Shown in pieces: positions 1 through 13,149 of a stretch of 64,000 bases of DNA. How positions within the stretch are numbered: position 1 is the stretch's first letter; every line of letters starts with the position of its first letter. Location of the stretch: contig NC_057728.1 of the NCBI RefSeq assembly GCF_004010195.1, positions 51,775,444-51,839,443 on the forward strand. Direction: 5' to 3'. The position numbers and the translations under genes are program-made. Origin of the DNA: Chiloscyllium plagiosum. Its lineage: Eukaryota. The notes under the pieces were generated by a model. That model was not told where the DNA came from and made no database searches. It saw nothing but the letters and a program-made list of their open reading frames with translations.

Positions 1-111
1 AAGCCAACAACTGACCCCCCTGTCACTCCGTGAACCAACACACTCCCCCTCTGCACCTGCCGCCCTGACTACTGACACTCCCCCCCAGTACCTGTCACCC
101 GACTTGCACTC

Positions 112-125
112 GTCACCCTGGCAAC
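112..125. promoter_or_regulatory. RFX X-box consensus match GTCACC-CT-GGCAAC
   Basis: Exact fit to GTNRCC(N0-3)RGYAAC within a GC-rich, CpG-containing stretch at the window edge. Function is not demonstrated. Confidence 0.35.
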
Positions 126-147
126 CAAATTTTAATAACTTGGGGTA

Positions 148-318
148 TAATGACTTGGATTAGGAGAGTACTGGTGTTTGGGTTGTGGGGTAATGACCTG
201 GATTAGGAGATTACTGGTGTTTGGGTTGTGGGGTAATGACCAGGATTAGGAGTATACTGGTGTTTGGGTTGTGGAGTAATGACCGGGATTAGGAGTGTGC
301 TGGTGTTTGCGTTGAGGT
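148..318. repeat. 43-bp minisatellite, about 4 copies with degenerate partial copies to about 420
   Basis: Unit taatgac(c/t)tggattaggagagtactggtgtttgggttgtgggg starts at 148, 191, 234 and 277. Confidence 0.9.
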
Positions 319-1016
319 TCTAAATGGGAAATAGGTTTGAGCAGTAATGGAGATTGGATTAGGAGTCTACTGGTGAGGAGTGGAATGGGGAGCTGGATTA
401 GGGGTGTAATAGGCAGTTAGGTTAGATGTATAGTGGTGGTTATGTTAGGTTGTAGTAAGGTGTAGTGTTAGGGGTGTAATGGGGTTAGATTAGAGGTGTA
501 ATAATAGAACATAGAACAATACAGTGCAGAATAGGCCCTTTGGCCCTCGATGTTGCGCCGGGTCCAAGTCTCTCATGTTGGTGAATACACCCTCTCCACA
601 TCCACTGTATCCAGGCTCAGTATTCTGTAAGTGTCTGTAAGTGTCAGTAAGATTCCACTTCCCCACCCCACCTTTCTAAACTACATTAAGTAGAAACCCA
701 GGATTCTTAATTGCTCCTCACGACAAGTGCCCCTCCAAAGCTTTAGATAAGGGGCCCAAAACTGCTCATAATGTTCCAAATACATCTCTGCTCTTGTATT
801 CTAACCCTCTTGAACTGAATGATAACATTGCACTTGCCTTCCTGAACGTTAACCTTAAGAAAATCTGAACTCAGACTCACAAGTATCTTTGTGCTTCAGA
901 TTACTGAAGCCTTTTCTCATTTAGAAAATTATCTATGCCTCTATTCTTCCTATCAAAAGTATATAACCTCACGCTTTGCCACATTGTATTCCATCTGCCA
1001 ATTCTTTGCCCTCTCT

Positions 1017-1359
1017 GGGGAGGCAATGGCCCAGTGACATTATCAATAGACTGTTAACCCAGAAATTCGGGTAATGTTCTTAGGGCCTGGGAACTTGATG
1101 GTGGAACTTGAATTCAATATAAAAAGTCAGGAATTAAGAGTCTAATGATGACATGAAGCCATTGTCGATTATCAGGAAAACTCATCTGGTTCATTAATGT
1201 CCTTTAGGCAAGGGAACTACCATCCCTACCTGGACTGGCCTACATGTGACACCACTTCCACAGCAATATGGTTGACTCTTAACTGCCCTCTAGGCAGTTA
1301 GGGACAGGCAATAAATGCTGGCCTAGTCAGTGATGCCGACATTCCATGAATGAATAAAT
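1017..1359 (+). mobile_element. tRNA-derived SINE, family B (3' tail ...gggcaataaatgctggcc...catgaatgaataaa)
   Basis: tRNA-like head and a shared body. Other copies at about 9345-9700(-), 17145-17475(-), 26690-27050(-), 32490-32890(+), 35695-36275(-), 57020-57375(+) and 60005-60340(-). Confidence 0.85.
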
Positions 1360-3123
1360 ATCCATGTCCTTCAGCAGCCTGTCTGCCTCCTCAACACTAC
1401 CTGTTCATTCACCTATCTCTGTGTCACCTGCAAGTGTAGCAACAATGCCATTCATCTGGATTGTTAATGTATAACAGGAATAGATGTGGTCCTAACACGG
1501 AGCCCTGCAGAACAACACTAGTCACTGACTGCCATCCTGGAAAAGACCCCTTTATCTCCACTCTGCCTTCTGCCAGTCAGCTAATTCTCTAACCATGCCT
1601 GAACTCCATGGGCTCTTATCTTATTTAGTAGCCTCCTGAGTGGCACCTTGTCAAAGGACTCCCGGGAATCCAAACAGATCACGTTCACTGGCTCTCCTTT
1701 GTCCAAATTGTTTGTTACCTCCTCAAAGAATGCTTATAGATTTGTCAGGTATAATCTCATGATGAAGCCATGCTATCTCAGCCCTATTTCACCATACGTT
1801 TCCAAGTACTCCAAAATCTCATCCTTACTAATGGACTCTTAAAATCTTACCAATGACCAAGGTAAGGATAACCAGCCTATAATTTCCTGTCTTTAGCCTC
1901 CCTCCCTTTTTAAAAGGGGGTGTAACTTAGCCATTTTCTAGTCCTTTGGCACCCTCACTGCAGTGATTCCTGAAATATCATCACCAATGCCTCCACAATC
2001 TCCTCAGCTATCTCCTATAGAACACTGGTGTAGTCAGGGATATGTATCTGCTTTCAGACCTTTCAACTTTCCCAGCACCTTCTCCTTAGTGATGGCCACT
2101 ACACTCACCTCTGCTCCCTGAAATTCTGATGTACTGATGTCTTCCACAGTGATGTACTGATGCAAAGTACCTATTCAGTTCCTCCACTGTTTCTTTTGTC
2201 CCCATTCCTACTTCTCCAGCCTAAGTTTCCAGTGGTTCAATGTCCAATCTTGTCTCTCTCTTATCTTTTATATATCTAAAAAACGTCATCCAATTTTTTT
2301 TATATTAGTAACTAGCTTAACCTCATATTATTCTCTTTCATCATTTAGCTTGTTTCATATAATGCACTCATTTAAGTACAGCACCCTCAGTCCTGTGTTC
2401 ACTGCCCCCATTCATACTGTTACCTAGAGTGCCTGAATTAGATTCCTGAGCCTTTCCATAATCTCTGGTCCTCTTGTTTGTCTGGAAACATTAATAACCT
2501 CTCCTGAGTCCTCCTCTCCTTTAACCAGTTTAAAGTCCTTGCAATCTTGATTTACCTTGATTTGCAATATCAGTTCATCGACTTTATTCCGAATAAGATA
2601 CAAAGTCTGTTCCATTATCAAGTTTCCCTATCCTTTTATGGTTTCTTGGTACAATAAATCATTCACACATCCTGTCTTTTCTATTTTTTCTGGTAACAAC
2701 CAATTCTCATCGCTAACCAGCAATTCTATCTTCTCCTTTAATTTTAGTTTTCCATGCAACTGAACTCACCTCCCAAATATTTAGTTTAAAGCCTTGTTAT
2801 TGCAATTCACCAGGGTTCTGGTCTCAGCCTGATTCAGGTGCAGTCCGTCCTATCAGGACTGCTCTGTCCTTCCCCAGTACTGGTGCCAATGTCCCATGAA
2901 TTCAAACCTGTTTCTCTCACACCAATCTTTGAGCCACATGGCTACCCTGTGCCAATTAGCTTATGGCTCAGGTAGTAATTGGAGATTATTGCCTTTCTCA
3001 TTTTGCCTTTTAATTTAGCCTGTAGCTGCTCATATTCCCAGCAAAACCTTTTTCTTTCTTTTACTTGCATGGACCACAATCTTTACCCTCCCACTCTAAG
3101 TTCCTCTGCAGCCTAGCTGAGAT

Positions 3124-3452
3124 CATAGAATCCCTACAGTGTGGAAACAGGCCATTTGGCCCATTAAGTCCACACCAATCCTCTGAAGAGTAACCCACCC
3201 AGACCCATTCCCCTACCCTATTACTGTACATTTATCCCTGACTCATGCATCTAATCTACATATCCCTGAACACTATGGGCAAATTAGCACGGTCAATTCA
3301 CCTAACCTGCACATTTTTGAATTGTGAGAGGAAACCGGAGCACCCAAAGGGAACCCATGCAGACGGGGAGAATGTGCAAATCTACACATAAAGTCACCTG
3401 AGGCTGGAATCAAACCAGCAGTAGTGCTAACCACAGAGCCATCGTGCTGCCC
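3124..3452 (-). mobile_element. HE1-type V-SINE
   Basis: tRNA head, V-domain (tttgcacattctccccgtctgcatgggttcc), CR1-derived tail (ggcctgtttccacactgtagggattct). Confidence 0.9.
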
Positions 3453-4669
3453 ATAAGCCACAGTGCCACCCATATCCTGATACCCTGAACCCAGGCACCA
3501 AACAGGCAACACAGCCTTCAGAACTCTTGATCCTGGCCACAGAGTCCAGTGTCTATTCCCTGACAATGCTATCCCCATTTGCAATTACATTTCTCTTTTC
3601 TAACCTCTGTTTAATGACTGTACATGGTGCTATGATCAATTTGCTCATTCACCCTACAGCCCCTGCTCTCATCCACACAGGTAGCAAGAATCTCAAACTT
3701 GTTAGACAAGCTCAAGGGCTGAAGCTCCTTCAGTACTACCTCTTGGATCCCTCTACCTGCTTCACTCATAGTCACACCTTCCCATCCCTGACCACTGAAT
3801 TCAAGGTAATTAATGTAAGGAATGTGACTGCCTCCTCAAACACTGTCAAAGTTAATTCTCTCCCTTCCTAATGTGTCACAATGTTCAGAGGTCAGAGGTC
3901 AGACTCCAGCTCATCAACTCTGAGCTGGAGTTCCTTAAGCAATGAATACTTGCTTCAACTGTCGTCACACCTATGTAGGAGTCTACCATCTCCCAAACTA
4001 TGCAGGTACAACACATTGCCTGGCCCTGTACCTTTATTTTGTTTACTTAGTTGTTAATTTGTTTTTTTTTCAAATTCCCATTGGTCTTTATGTTTGTAAC
4101 CTTGAAATATTTTTTCCGATTTACCCTCAATCTGAAAGTCACTTATGCTGTCTGCAAATGGATTTTGAAGCTTTACAAGAGGCTGGATAAGATTTATTTA
4201 TTTATGTGATTTAAGCAAATTCATTTTTAAACATGTAAACATGCGTTTTTTCTTCCAAATTAACTATAGTAATTTTTGATACATTGTAGAAACTGGTTAC
4301 TATTGCACTATAAATTGTAATAGTGTAATAGTTGCTGTAATACAAGACCAGGAATTGCTTTGGGAGTAGTTGATACTGTAACTGGTGTAAAGTGAATGCA
4401 TACTATCAAAATCTTTCACCTGCAACATGCATATAACCCTCACTCAAAGGTTAGTCTCATTCAGGAGCAATGCTTGTATCCCATCAACAGATTACAACAG
4501 GGCTTTCAAACTTGACCCACTTGACCCCAATAAACCTAGAATCCTTGTACTGTAGTCACAGTCCTGAATTACTAGGTCAAAGGCGAGATCCTCTGAGTAG
4601 CCAGAGAAAAAGGCTCATGATAAACATATCATGTACAGAGTTAGCACCCAACCTCCTTGGAAGGGCCTG

Positions 4670-5050
4670 TGCACTCACCTCCAAGTCAGAAGGTCATGGG
4701 ATCAAGGCCCACTCCACGCCTTGCTCATACAGGCCTACACTTCAGTACAAAGAGTGTTGCATTATTGGAGGTGCTGCTCATCAGTTACAATGTTAAACTA
4801 AAACCCTATTCGCCTGTTCAGGTGAACACTAAAGATCTCATGTCACTGTTCAGGGGAGAGAAGAGAATTCTCTGAATGCGTCAGCAAACTCAACAGTTGC
4901 CATTCAAAATAGATTTATTGATAACTCTTGCTGGGAGCTCAAAAGAGTTCTAATATTTTACATTTAACAGCAACTGAAATTCAGCATAATTAATTTTCTA
5001 TGATAAACTTTGATAAGTTGATAAATTATAATGCATAAACAAATCTTTTA
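4670..5050 (+). mobile_element. Deu-domain SINE (SacSINE1-like), degenerate
   Basis: Deu-like core ttggaggtgc...gttaaac...caggtgaac.taaagatctcatg.cact. Related copies at about 16900-17660(-, interrupted) and 34585-35005(-). Confidence 0.65.
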
Positions 5051-5094
5051 CATTTTTCTAATTACAGTTTGTAAAGTGTGAAGGTACCATGATA

Positions 5095-5522
5095 CAGGGC
5101 AGTCTCGATTATCCGAACGACACGGGCAGTGAGTATTTTGTTCAGATAATCGAATGTTCGGATAACTGATCTGATGGCCACGGGGAGTGGGTGTGAGACC
5201 AGGTTGCAGTTCTCCCAGTGGCCAGTGGTGTCACATGTTCCCCTTACGACAGACATGCCATGGTCCCAGATCCAGCTTCTCTCGCTCAGTAAGTTCTCTT
5301 ATTTAAGCTTTTATTTAATATGTAGCTGTTATGTCACAACAGAGGGTCTTGTTTCAAATAGAGTTTCATACTTCAAGTGATACAATGGAAGATGGAGCAA
5401 GAGATTTTTACATCCTCAGGCTTTGTCATTGTCACAGTTTACCCAAGCATCGGGACCTTGAGATCTTGTTCGGATAATCTGAAATTTTGATAATCGAAAT
5501 TTGGATAACTGAAGTTGCTCTG
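5095..5522. mobile_element. Tigger/pogo-like (Tc1-mariner) MITE, 428 bp
   Basis: Imperfect TIRs cagggcagtctcgattatccgaa / ttggataactgaagttgctctg, TA on both sides (5093-5094, 5523-5524), subterminal ggataatcga repeats, no ORF. Confidence 0.8.
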
Positions 5523-5619
5523 TATGTGGTTTAAATAAAGTGCATTAAAGCAATCTTCTTTTGGTCTAACTTACTACAGAGATAAATCCATTCCTGGCAA
5601 TTTCTTCAATTTCTGTCAG

Positions 5620-6035
5620 AGTCTGAATAGACTGGCGCTATTTTCTCTGGAGTGTCAGAGGCTGAAGAGTGACCTTATAGAGGTTTATAAAATCATAAGT
5701 GGCTTAGATAATAGCCAAGGTCTTTTTCCGAGGGTAGGGGAATCCAAAACTAAAGGAAATAGGTTTAGAGTGAGAGGGGAAAGTTTTAAAAGGGACCTAA
5801 GGGGCAACTTTTTCACGCAGAGTGTGATGCTTGTATGGAATGAGCTGCCAGAGGAAGTGGTGGAGGCTGGAACAATTACAAAATTTAAAAGGCATCTGGA
5901 TAGGTACATGAATAGGAGGGCTTTAGAGCAAAATGGGCCAAATGCTGGCAACTGGGACGAGATTAATTTGGGATATCTGAGTGGCATGGACGAGTTGAAC
6001 TGAAAGGTCTATTTCCATGCAGTACAATAGTATGA
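5620..6035 (+). mobile_element. CR1 (HER1-like) LINE 3' fragment
   Basis: ORF2 C-terminus RGNFFTQ.V..WNELPEEVVEAGTIT.FKRHLD plus 3' UTR. Confidence 0.9.
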
Positions 6036-6204
6036 TTAAGATTCCATAACTGAATAGCAATTACATTTTAAACTCATTTCAAGTATGCTTATTAGCAACT
6101 TGACCCATTGGACTTAACAGCACTTTGACCTAATAAAGCCTAGCGAACATTGTAAATGTAAATGTTGGAAATTATAATGCAAAATTAAAAATAAGCGAAG
6201 TCTG

Positions 6205-8500
6205 TTACCTATTAGGTCCTTTGAGCCTACTTTGCCATTCAACATGACCATGGCTAATCATCCAACTCAGTACTCGATGATCCTTTTAGCTTTAAGAACT
6301 ACAGCTTCTTATTGAAATCGTTCAATGTTTCAACCACTTTCCGTGTAAGAAAATTCCACAGGTTCACCACTCAGTCTTAAATGAATTACCCCATATCCTT
6401 CGACTGTGACCCCTTGATTCTGGGCTCCCCGCTAAATGGGAACACCTTTCCTGCATTCACCCTGCCTAGTCCTGTTAGAATTTTATAGGTTTCTATGCAA
6501 TTTCCCCTCATTCTTCTAAACTTGAACCAATATATTCAGCCAAAAGTATAGTTCCAAGTGATCCAGTTTCTCTTCATACATCAGTCCTGCTAAGTCAGTT
6601 GGGTAAACATTTATTGCATTCCCTTTATAGCCAGAACACCTTTTTTCACATAAGGAGACCAAAACTTTACACAATACTCCAGATGTGGTCTCACCAAAGC
6701 CCTGTACAGTTGCAACAAGACATCCTTGTTCCTGTACTCAAATCCTCTTACTATTAAGGATAACATACCATTTGTCTTCTTCACCATCTGCTGCATTTGC
6801 ATGCCTACTTTCGGCAATTGGTGTGCAAAGACCAGGTCTCACTGCACCTCTCTTCCCCAATCCATCACCATTCAGATAATAATCTGCCATTCTGTTTCTG
6901 CGAACAAAATGGATATTATCCCATTTATCCAAGTTATATTTCATCTGCCACGCTTTTGCCCACTTTCAACTTGTTTAAATGAAATGGAGGTGCCAGTGTT
7001 GGACTAGGACAGACAAGGTCAGAAGTCACATGACACCAGTCAAGTGATGAAGGAGCAGCACTCCAAAAGCTTGTGATTTCAGATAAACCTGTTTGACTAT
7101 AACCTGGTGTTGTGTGACTTCTGACTAAAGTATCAATGTATCCTCCTCACGGTTCACTCTCCTACCAGCTTTGCCATCTGCATTTAACATTTAGATTCCT
7201 CAAATAAATTGTATAATATATATCATGACTAGCTGGGACTATATATAGTCCTTTTATCCTTTTAGCAAAACTTCCCTATTTTTATACTCCATTCCCTTTA
7301 AATTAAAGAACGTAAGAACTAGGAGCAGGAGTAGGCCATCTGGCCTTTGAACTTGCACCACCATTCAAGATATTGGCTGATCTTTTCATGGCCTCAGCTC
7401 TACTTATCCGCCCTCTCATCATAACCCTTAATTCCTTTACTGTTCAAAAAATTATCTATCTTAGCTTTAAAAACATTCAATGAGGAAGCTTCAACTACTT
7501 CACTAGACATGGAATTCCACAGATTCACAACCCTCAGGGTGAAGAAGTTCCTTCTCAATTTGGTTCAGTAGTCCATTTGCCTTCCCTATTATCCAGTGAA
7601 CTTGTCCATTACCTTTTTGTGATTCATTCTCTGGAGTCCCCAATGCCTCTGTGCTACAGCTTTCTGCATTCCTTCTTCATTTAAATAATATTCAGCTCTT
7701 CTGTTCTTACTGCCAAAGTGCTTCAAAGTTTCCCACAGTATATCCCATTCTGCCACACTTCTGTCCATTCACTTAACCTGTCTATATCTCTGTGTCATCC
7801 TCATCAATCATCTTCCCACCTACTTTTGTAGGAGCCACACACACAGCTATACTATACTCACTTCCTTCATCGCAGTCTGTAAATAATTGTGACGACAGCA
7901 TTGATTGCTGTGGACTAGTTACAAGTTGCTATTCTGAGAATACCCCTTCCCCTGACCCCCTCTCTGCATTCTACTAGGTAGTCAATCCTTAATCCATGCA
8001 AGCAAACCACATGCAGCACCATGAGCTTTAATTAGTAAAGTAGCCTATGTGTGGTACCTTATCAAAAACCTTTTGGAAGTCTAAATATATCATATCTACT
8101 GGTTCCCTTCATCTATCTTGTTTATTTCAACTTTAAAGAAATCTAATAAATTTCTCAGGCATGATTTTACCTGTTTTTGTCTCTTTCCTTTTTGGGAGGG
8201 TGTTACATTGGCAGTTTTCTATTCCTTTGGAACTTTTCCAGAATCTAAAGATTCTTGCAAGATTATCTCTGTAGATACTTCCTTTGATATTCTATAATGC
8301 AAGCTATCAGGTCCATGGGGGCTTATCAGTCTTTAGCCTCATTAGTTTCCATAATATCTTCCTCTAAAGATAGTTCTTGAATTTATTTCCTCTCCCCCTT
8401 TCACACCTTGATTATTTAGTAATTTTTGAATGCTGTTAATGTCTTCTGCCATAAAGACTAATGCACTATATATTCAATATTGTTCCTTTAAGCAGTCAAT
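6205..8500 (-). mobile_element. Cluster of CR1 LINE fragments
   Basis: LYRALVRPHLEYCVKFWSPY at 6611-6817, a separate 3' end at about 7305-7560, and further RT remnants to about 8500. Confidence 0.8.
6984..7127. mobile_element. Penelope-like pseudo-LTR fragment (family 2) with internal inversion
   Basis: Decayed hammerhead-like motif tgatgaaggagcagcactccaaaagc and inverted agaagtcac...gtgacttct. A related copy lies at about 23490-23810. Confidence 0.6.
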
Positions 8501-9709
8501 AGGCCCCCTTGTCCTTTCATGATATGGTTGCATTGCATTCAGCATAGCCAATCCAATCTCACCCACTCTTAGCCTACTATCACATGAAATGGGATACTTT
8601 TAGCACACCTTACCCCTTCTCTCCTCCTGTCAGCTCTCATACTTAATCCTTTTAAAGAAATTTGGAGTCTCTTCATAATAAGAGTATAAAGGTCAGTAGA
8701 AACAAGTTGGACTGAATGACTCTTGTCTGTCTTGCACTTTCTATGCAATCCCATATGTAATTATATGGATACGAGTGCTGGAGCATGAGAAAGGTTGACC
8801 AGAAAATTATACTAACAGGAGAGATAAGTTGGCTGAGTGGATTACTAGTAATACCCAGGATGCAAATAATCAGGAATAAAAATTGAGAGCACTGCATGAT
8901 GCAAGAAGCAATACTTCATTGTGGATCATTTTTATCGCCGTGTGTGCAGAGGTACATGGAACAAGAGTATGTGGAGAATGAGAAAATGCTGGATCAAGAT
9001 TACTCTCATACCCCTGCTGTTTACATTTGAAGAATCCTTCACTTTATTGTAATTAGTTTTTACACCGGTGTTTTTTCTACATCTTACACTTAACAAGTTG
9101 TTTTTAATGAAAAGAGACAAAAAGGACTTGAGACCTAAACATAAACAGTGTCAAAGTTGGCCTGTCACAGAAAGGAACACAGATCAATGACATGACCAGC
9201 TGAGCTCAGAGCCAGATTCAGCTAAGTGAATTCATTTATATATAAACTACATTTTTTAAGGCTGCAGAATATAATGTGAAAGGACTAGTAATCCAGAGGC
9301 CCACACTAATAATTCAGAGGCAGGGGATCAAATCATACCATACCTTTTCTTTCATTCACTCATGGCATTGTTAGCTGGCCAGCATTTGTTGTACATCCCT
9401 AGCCACCCCTTGGCTTGCTCAGCCATTTCCAAGGGCAATTGAAAGCCAACCACAATGCTGTAGGACTGGTGAGGATGGCAGATTTCCTTTTCTGAAGAGC
9501 ATTAGTGAGCCAGATTAAAATTTCCAATGGCAATGATTTCACAGTCATCAATAGATTCTTAATGCCAGACTTTTTTTAAAAAAAAGATTGAATTCAAATT
9601 GCACCATCTGCTGTGGCAGGATTCAAACCCAGGTCCCCAGATCATTAGCTGAGTTTCTGGATTAATAGTCTAGTGATAATACCACTAGGCCATTGCCATT
9701 CAGGCTAGA

Positions 9710-10670
9710 TGATTTGTCATGGAGTTCTCCAGGATTGGGACCTTTGTTTTACCCCATATATATAAAATATTCTAGATCTTGGTGCATAAGGATCTATTTC
9801 AATGTTTGTAGATATCACAAAACTTTGAAGAATTATGAACTGGGAACAGAACAGTGTAAAACTTCAAAAGGACGTTGACAAGTTGGCAGAGTGGGCAGAT
9901 TAAATTCAAAACACAGAAGTGTTAGGTGATGCACTTTGGTACAAACAAACACAGACAATAAGTATAAACTAAAAGGTATATTCTAAGTCTTCTGCTGGAT
10001 TAAAAGTAGCAAGACAGGCAGAGGGAGCTATAATAAAGGATATCGTATTCCAGAATTCATAAATGATACCATAGAGTATAAGATCCGAGAGGTTATGATG
10101 AATTTATGTAAGACACTGATTAGACCTCAGCTGGGGTACCGTTGTACAGTTCTGAGTGCCAGACAATTGAAAGGAGGTGAATGCATTAGAGTGAATGCAG
10201 ATAAGGCTTTCAAGAATGGTTGAAGTTTTGTGAAACTTCTGTTTTGAGGACAGATTGGAGAAGTTGGGCTGTTTTCCTTGAAAGGAGAGGATGAGGGGAG
10301 ATTCAGTAAGAAGTTTACACAAACATGAGGGGCCTAGATAAGTGGATAGAAAGAAACTGTTGCCCTCATAAATCGATTGAGAACCAGAGGGCATAGTTAT
10401 TAAGTGTTTTGCTAAAGAAGAAAATGAGAGAAGAGATAAACGTTTTCACCTGGATACTGGTTCAGGTCTGGAATGTACTGTGTAATGGAGGCAGGTTGAA
10501 TTGAGGCATTCAAGAGGGCACTAGATGATTATTTAGATAGAAACAATGTACAGGATTGCAGCGAAAATTCAAGATGTTAGCACTAAGCTATAATACACCA
10601 AGAGCTGGCGCAGACATGATTGGCTAAATGGCTTCCTTCTGCACTGTAACAATTCTGCGATTTTGCAATT
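9710..10670 (+). mobile_element. Old CR1 LINE 3' fragment (RT to 3' UTR)
   Basis: Degenerate PQGLG-like and LYKTLIRPQL-like segments, and a 3' tail ccttctgcactgtaacaattctgcgatt. Confidence 0.75.
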
Positions 10671-12291
10671 CTGTAGCACTGATAGAGGTCTTGAACTTTG
10701 CAAACTTCATTTGTCCACTACATTAATCTGCATTCAGTGACCACACTTTAAAATGCTCAATGTTTTGACTAAGACAGCTTAGCACCTCCAGAGAAAGTAA
10801 TGCTGCAAAATTCCGAGTTCTTCTCCCTCTGTTTACCCAGTTTAAAATACATGAATCCACACTAATTTGCAATGACAATTTAATTGTTGGATCATCTATA
10901 ATGTGCAATAGAAAGATTTACCTAACTTGCTAAAACAACTTTTTTAATAAAGGATTTAAACAGATAAAAATATAACCTTAAAACAGACATTTTACTTGTG
11001 AAATAGACATGTTCACTTCTCAGGGATTCAATTCATCCAAGCTAATTGTACAGTTCAGTGTTTTATTCAGTGGCAACTGAACAATCTGCTCAATCATTCT
11101 GTTCCTTTCTGAGAAAAAAAACAAAGTACGCAGTCATACTGTGAAATGGACAAATGAATTGCACCAGTTTCCCAGCTGATCAATCCTGCCACATCTTCTG
11201 AAGTAATGACGTATAGTGGAATCTATTAATTGAGTATAATGGAACAATTGTTAATTCTTTGTATCATTTAATGGGTGAAGAAGTGAGATGTTAATTATCT
11301 TAACAAGATCAATTCCAGATAAATGAACCACATATTATATCCAATTAATAGGTTCTTTTTCTGTGATACTGCCAAGTTTTGATTATTGTATTAACATAAC
11401 TTCACTTTACTGAGGTTTTACTTTTCAGTTTTGAATGACAAAATGTCAAAAAAGACAATCCTAAACTAAAGGGGCTAAAATTCCAATCCAGTTCTAAATC
11501 AGTGCCAGAGAGGACTTGAAAATGGAGTATTATCAGGTATTATCACCCTACTTGTGGGTACCATAAACCAAAATCACCAAATTTGTTCAAAGACCACTAA
11601 ATGAAAAAATTACTAACGATTCAATTTCTTGTAACCTTTACTCTAATACAAATCAAAACCAGATATTTCAAATAAAAAGAGATAGTTTTCACAACATAGT
11701 CAACACAACAAAGATCAAAAAAACCACAAGTAATAGCACAAATCTGGACCATGCAGTTACACAGTTCTATAAAATGTTGTTCTTTAACCACAATTGGTCA
11801 GTCCAAAGTCTTATCCAATTAAAGCTTTCACTTTTGATTCTCCTCGGTACAATTATCATCAAGACAGTTATATAAACCCTCTTTACTTTGAGTCACAATA
11901 CTGATGGTGTGATTTTCTAGACCAACTCACTTTGGGTTCACTGCATGGTCAATTTTGGGAAAACACCCAGCTCCTTAGTATCTCTTAGATATTCACTGAG
12001 ATTTCCTAACAAACTCAGATATTGAAATAACATTCTCACTAGTGAGCAGCGAGAGGCCCATTAATAAGGTTTATTGCTCATTATTACCATAATTATTACT
12101 TAATCTCACCTCATTAATCTGTACTCTCCCATTCTCCACCCATTTAATAGAACCAAGAAATTGGGAATTCCTGAAACAGTATTGTTCAGATGCTACAGCT
12201 GATCATGTACGTAAACATCAGTAAGTTAACATGAAAAATCACTGCAGGTATCTGGTGACCCTAGCTCACTGCTTGTTCCTCTGGGTATCCA

Positions 12292-12376
12292 GCTGAAAAT
12301 GTGTTGCTGGAAAAGCGCAGCAGGTCAGGCAGCATCCAAGGAACAGGAGAATCGACGTTTCGGGCATAAGCCCTTC
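12292..12376 (-). mobile_element. Penelope-like pseudo-LTR fragment (family 1)
   Basis: Nearly identical to the arms of the 27425-27633 hairpin (gctggaaaagcgcagcaggtcaggcagcatccaaggaacaggagaatcgacgtttcgggcataagcc). Confidence 0.8.
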
Positions 12377-13149
12377 TACTGGGTCTCCATCCAGTACCAA
12401 CATCTCAAGGTTCACTCCATGGACAATGACAGCACAAATCTCACATGCACAAACATTGCCATTGGATACAAAGCAGCCTGACCACACCTTCATGGCACAT
12501 CTCTGGTCACTTACAGGATAGTTCTGCATTTTGGATTGCACTGGCACCTGTCATTGAAACACTGATACAAGGACACTCTGCATACAGGGGCAAGGACAAG
12601 CCGATGGATTGGACCAAGTTGCATCTCAGGAATCCTCACATCCTCTCTTAGTGCTCCATCACTTTGAGTGTCACAGCATTGCTTTTTTCTGCTTTACCAT
12701 CTCAATCAGAACTTATAGATCACAGGCAAACTGAGACTAGGAATCCTGCAGTGAGTAACTCACCTCCTGACTCCTCAAAGCCTGTCCACCATCTCCAAAG
12801 CTAAGGTCAGGAGTGTGCTGGATTACTTCCTCTTTACCTGGATGAGTGGTTATCAACAGACATCAGATATCTGTTGCTGTACAGCACCAGACTATTTCAA
12901 CCTCATACCTTCACCATGAGCCAGCAATGCCCAAGCAAACACACTGTGTTCTCAAAGTCGAAAGGGAGGAGTCCTCAGTCAGGGGAGGCACCCTTCCAGT
13001 TAGGGTGGCCTGACATAATAAATTGAGGGCATTCCTCTGACACCAATCCAGGGACTTGGACACAGTCAGTCAGCCACTCAGGGTAATCACAGTCAGGTTT
13101 GTCTCTTCTTACCACCCATTTTGGCTCAATTATGGACCATTTTCTTCAA

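Larger units (their letters stand above)
580..3990 (-). mobile_element. Decayed, internally deleted CR1 LINE (ORF1 and ORF2 remnants) interrupted by two SINEs
   Basis: Minus-strand remnants: RT region about 700-2100, endonuclease start (IRNKVDELI) near 2570-2600, SGNH-esterase ORF1 (FMGHWHQYW, DGLHLN) near 2830-2900, ELQLRVDELE near 3900-3945. Confidence 0.85.

Noticed and set aside
148..318. CRISPR-like regular repeats
   Set aside because: Head-to-tail tandem units with no unique spacers, in a eukaryotic context with no cas genes.
8760..9050. Protein-like fragments (…MQEAILHCGSFLSPCVQRYMEQEYVENEKMLDQDYSH…)
   Set aside because: Short, interrupted by stops, with no family recognised and no clear splice boundaries.
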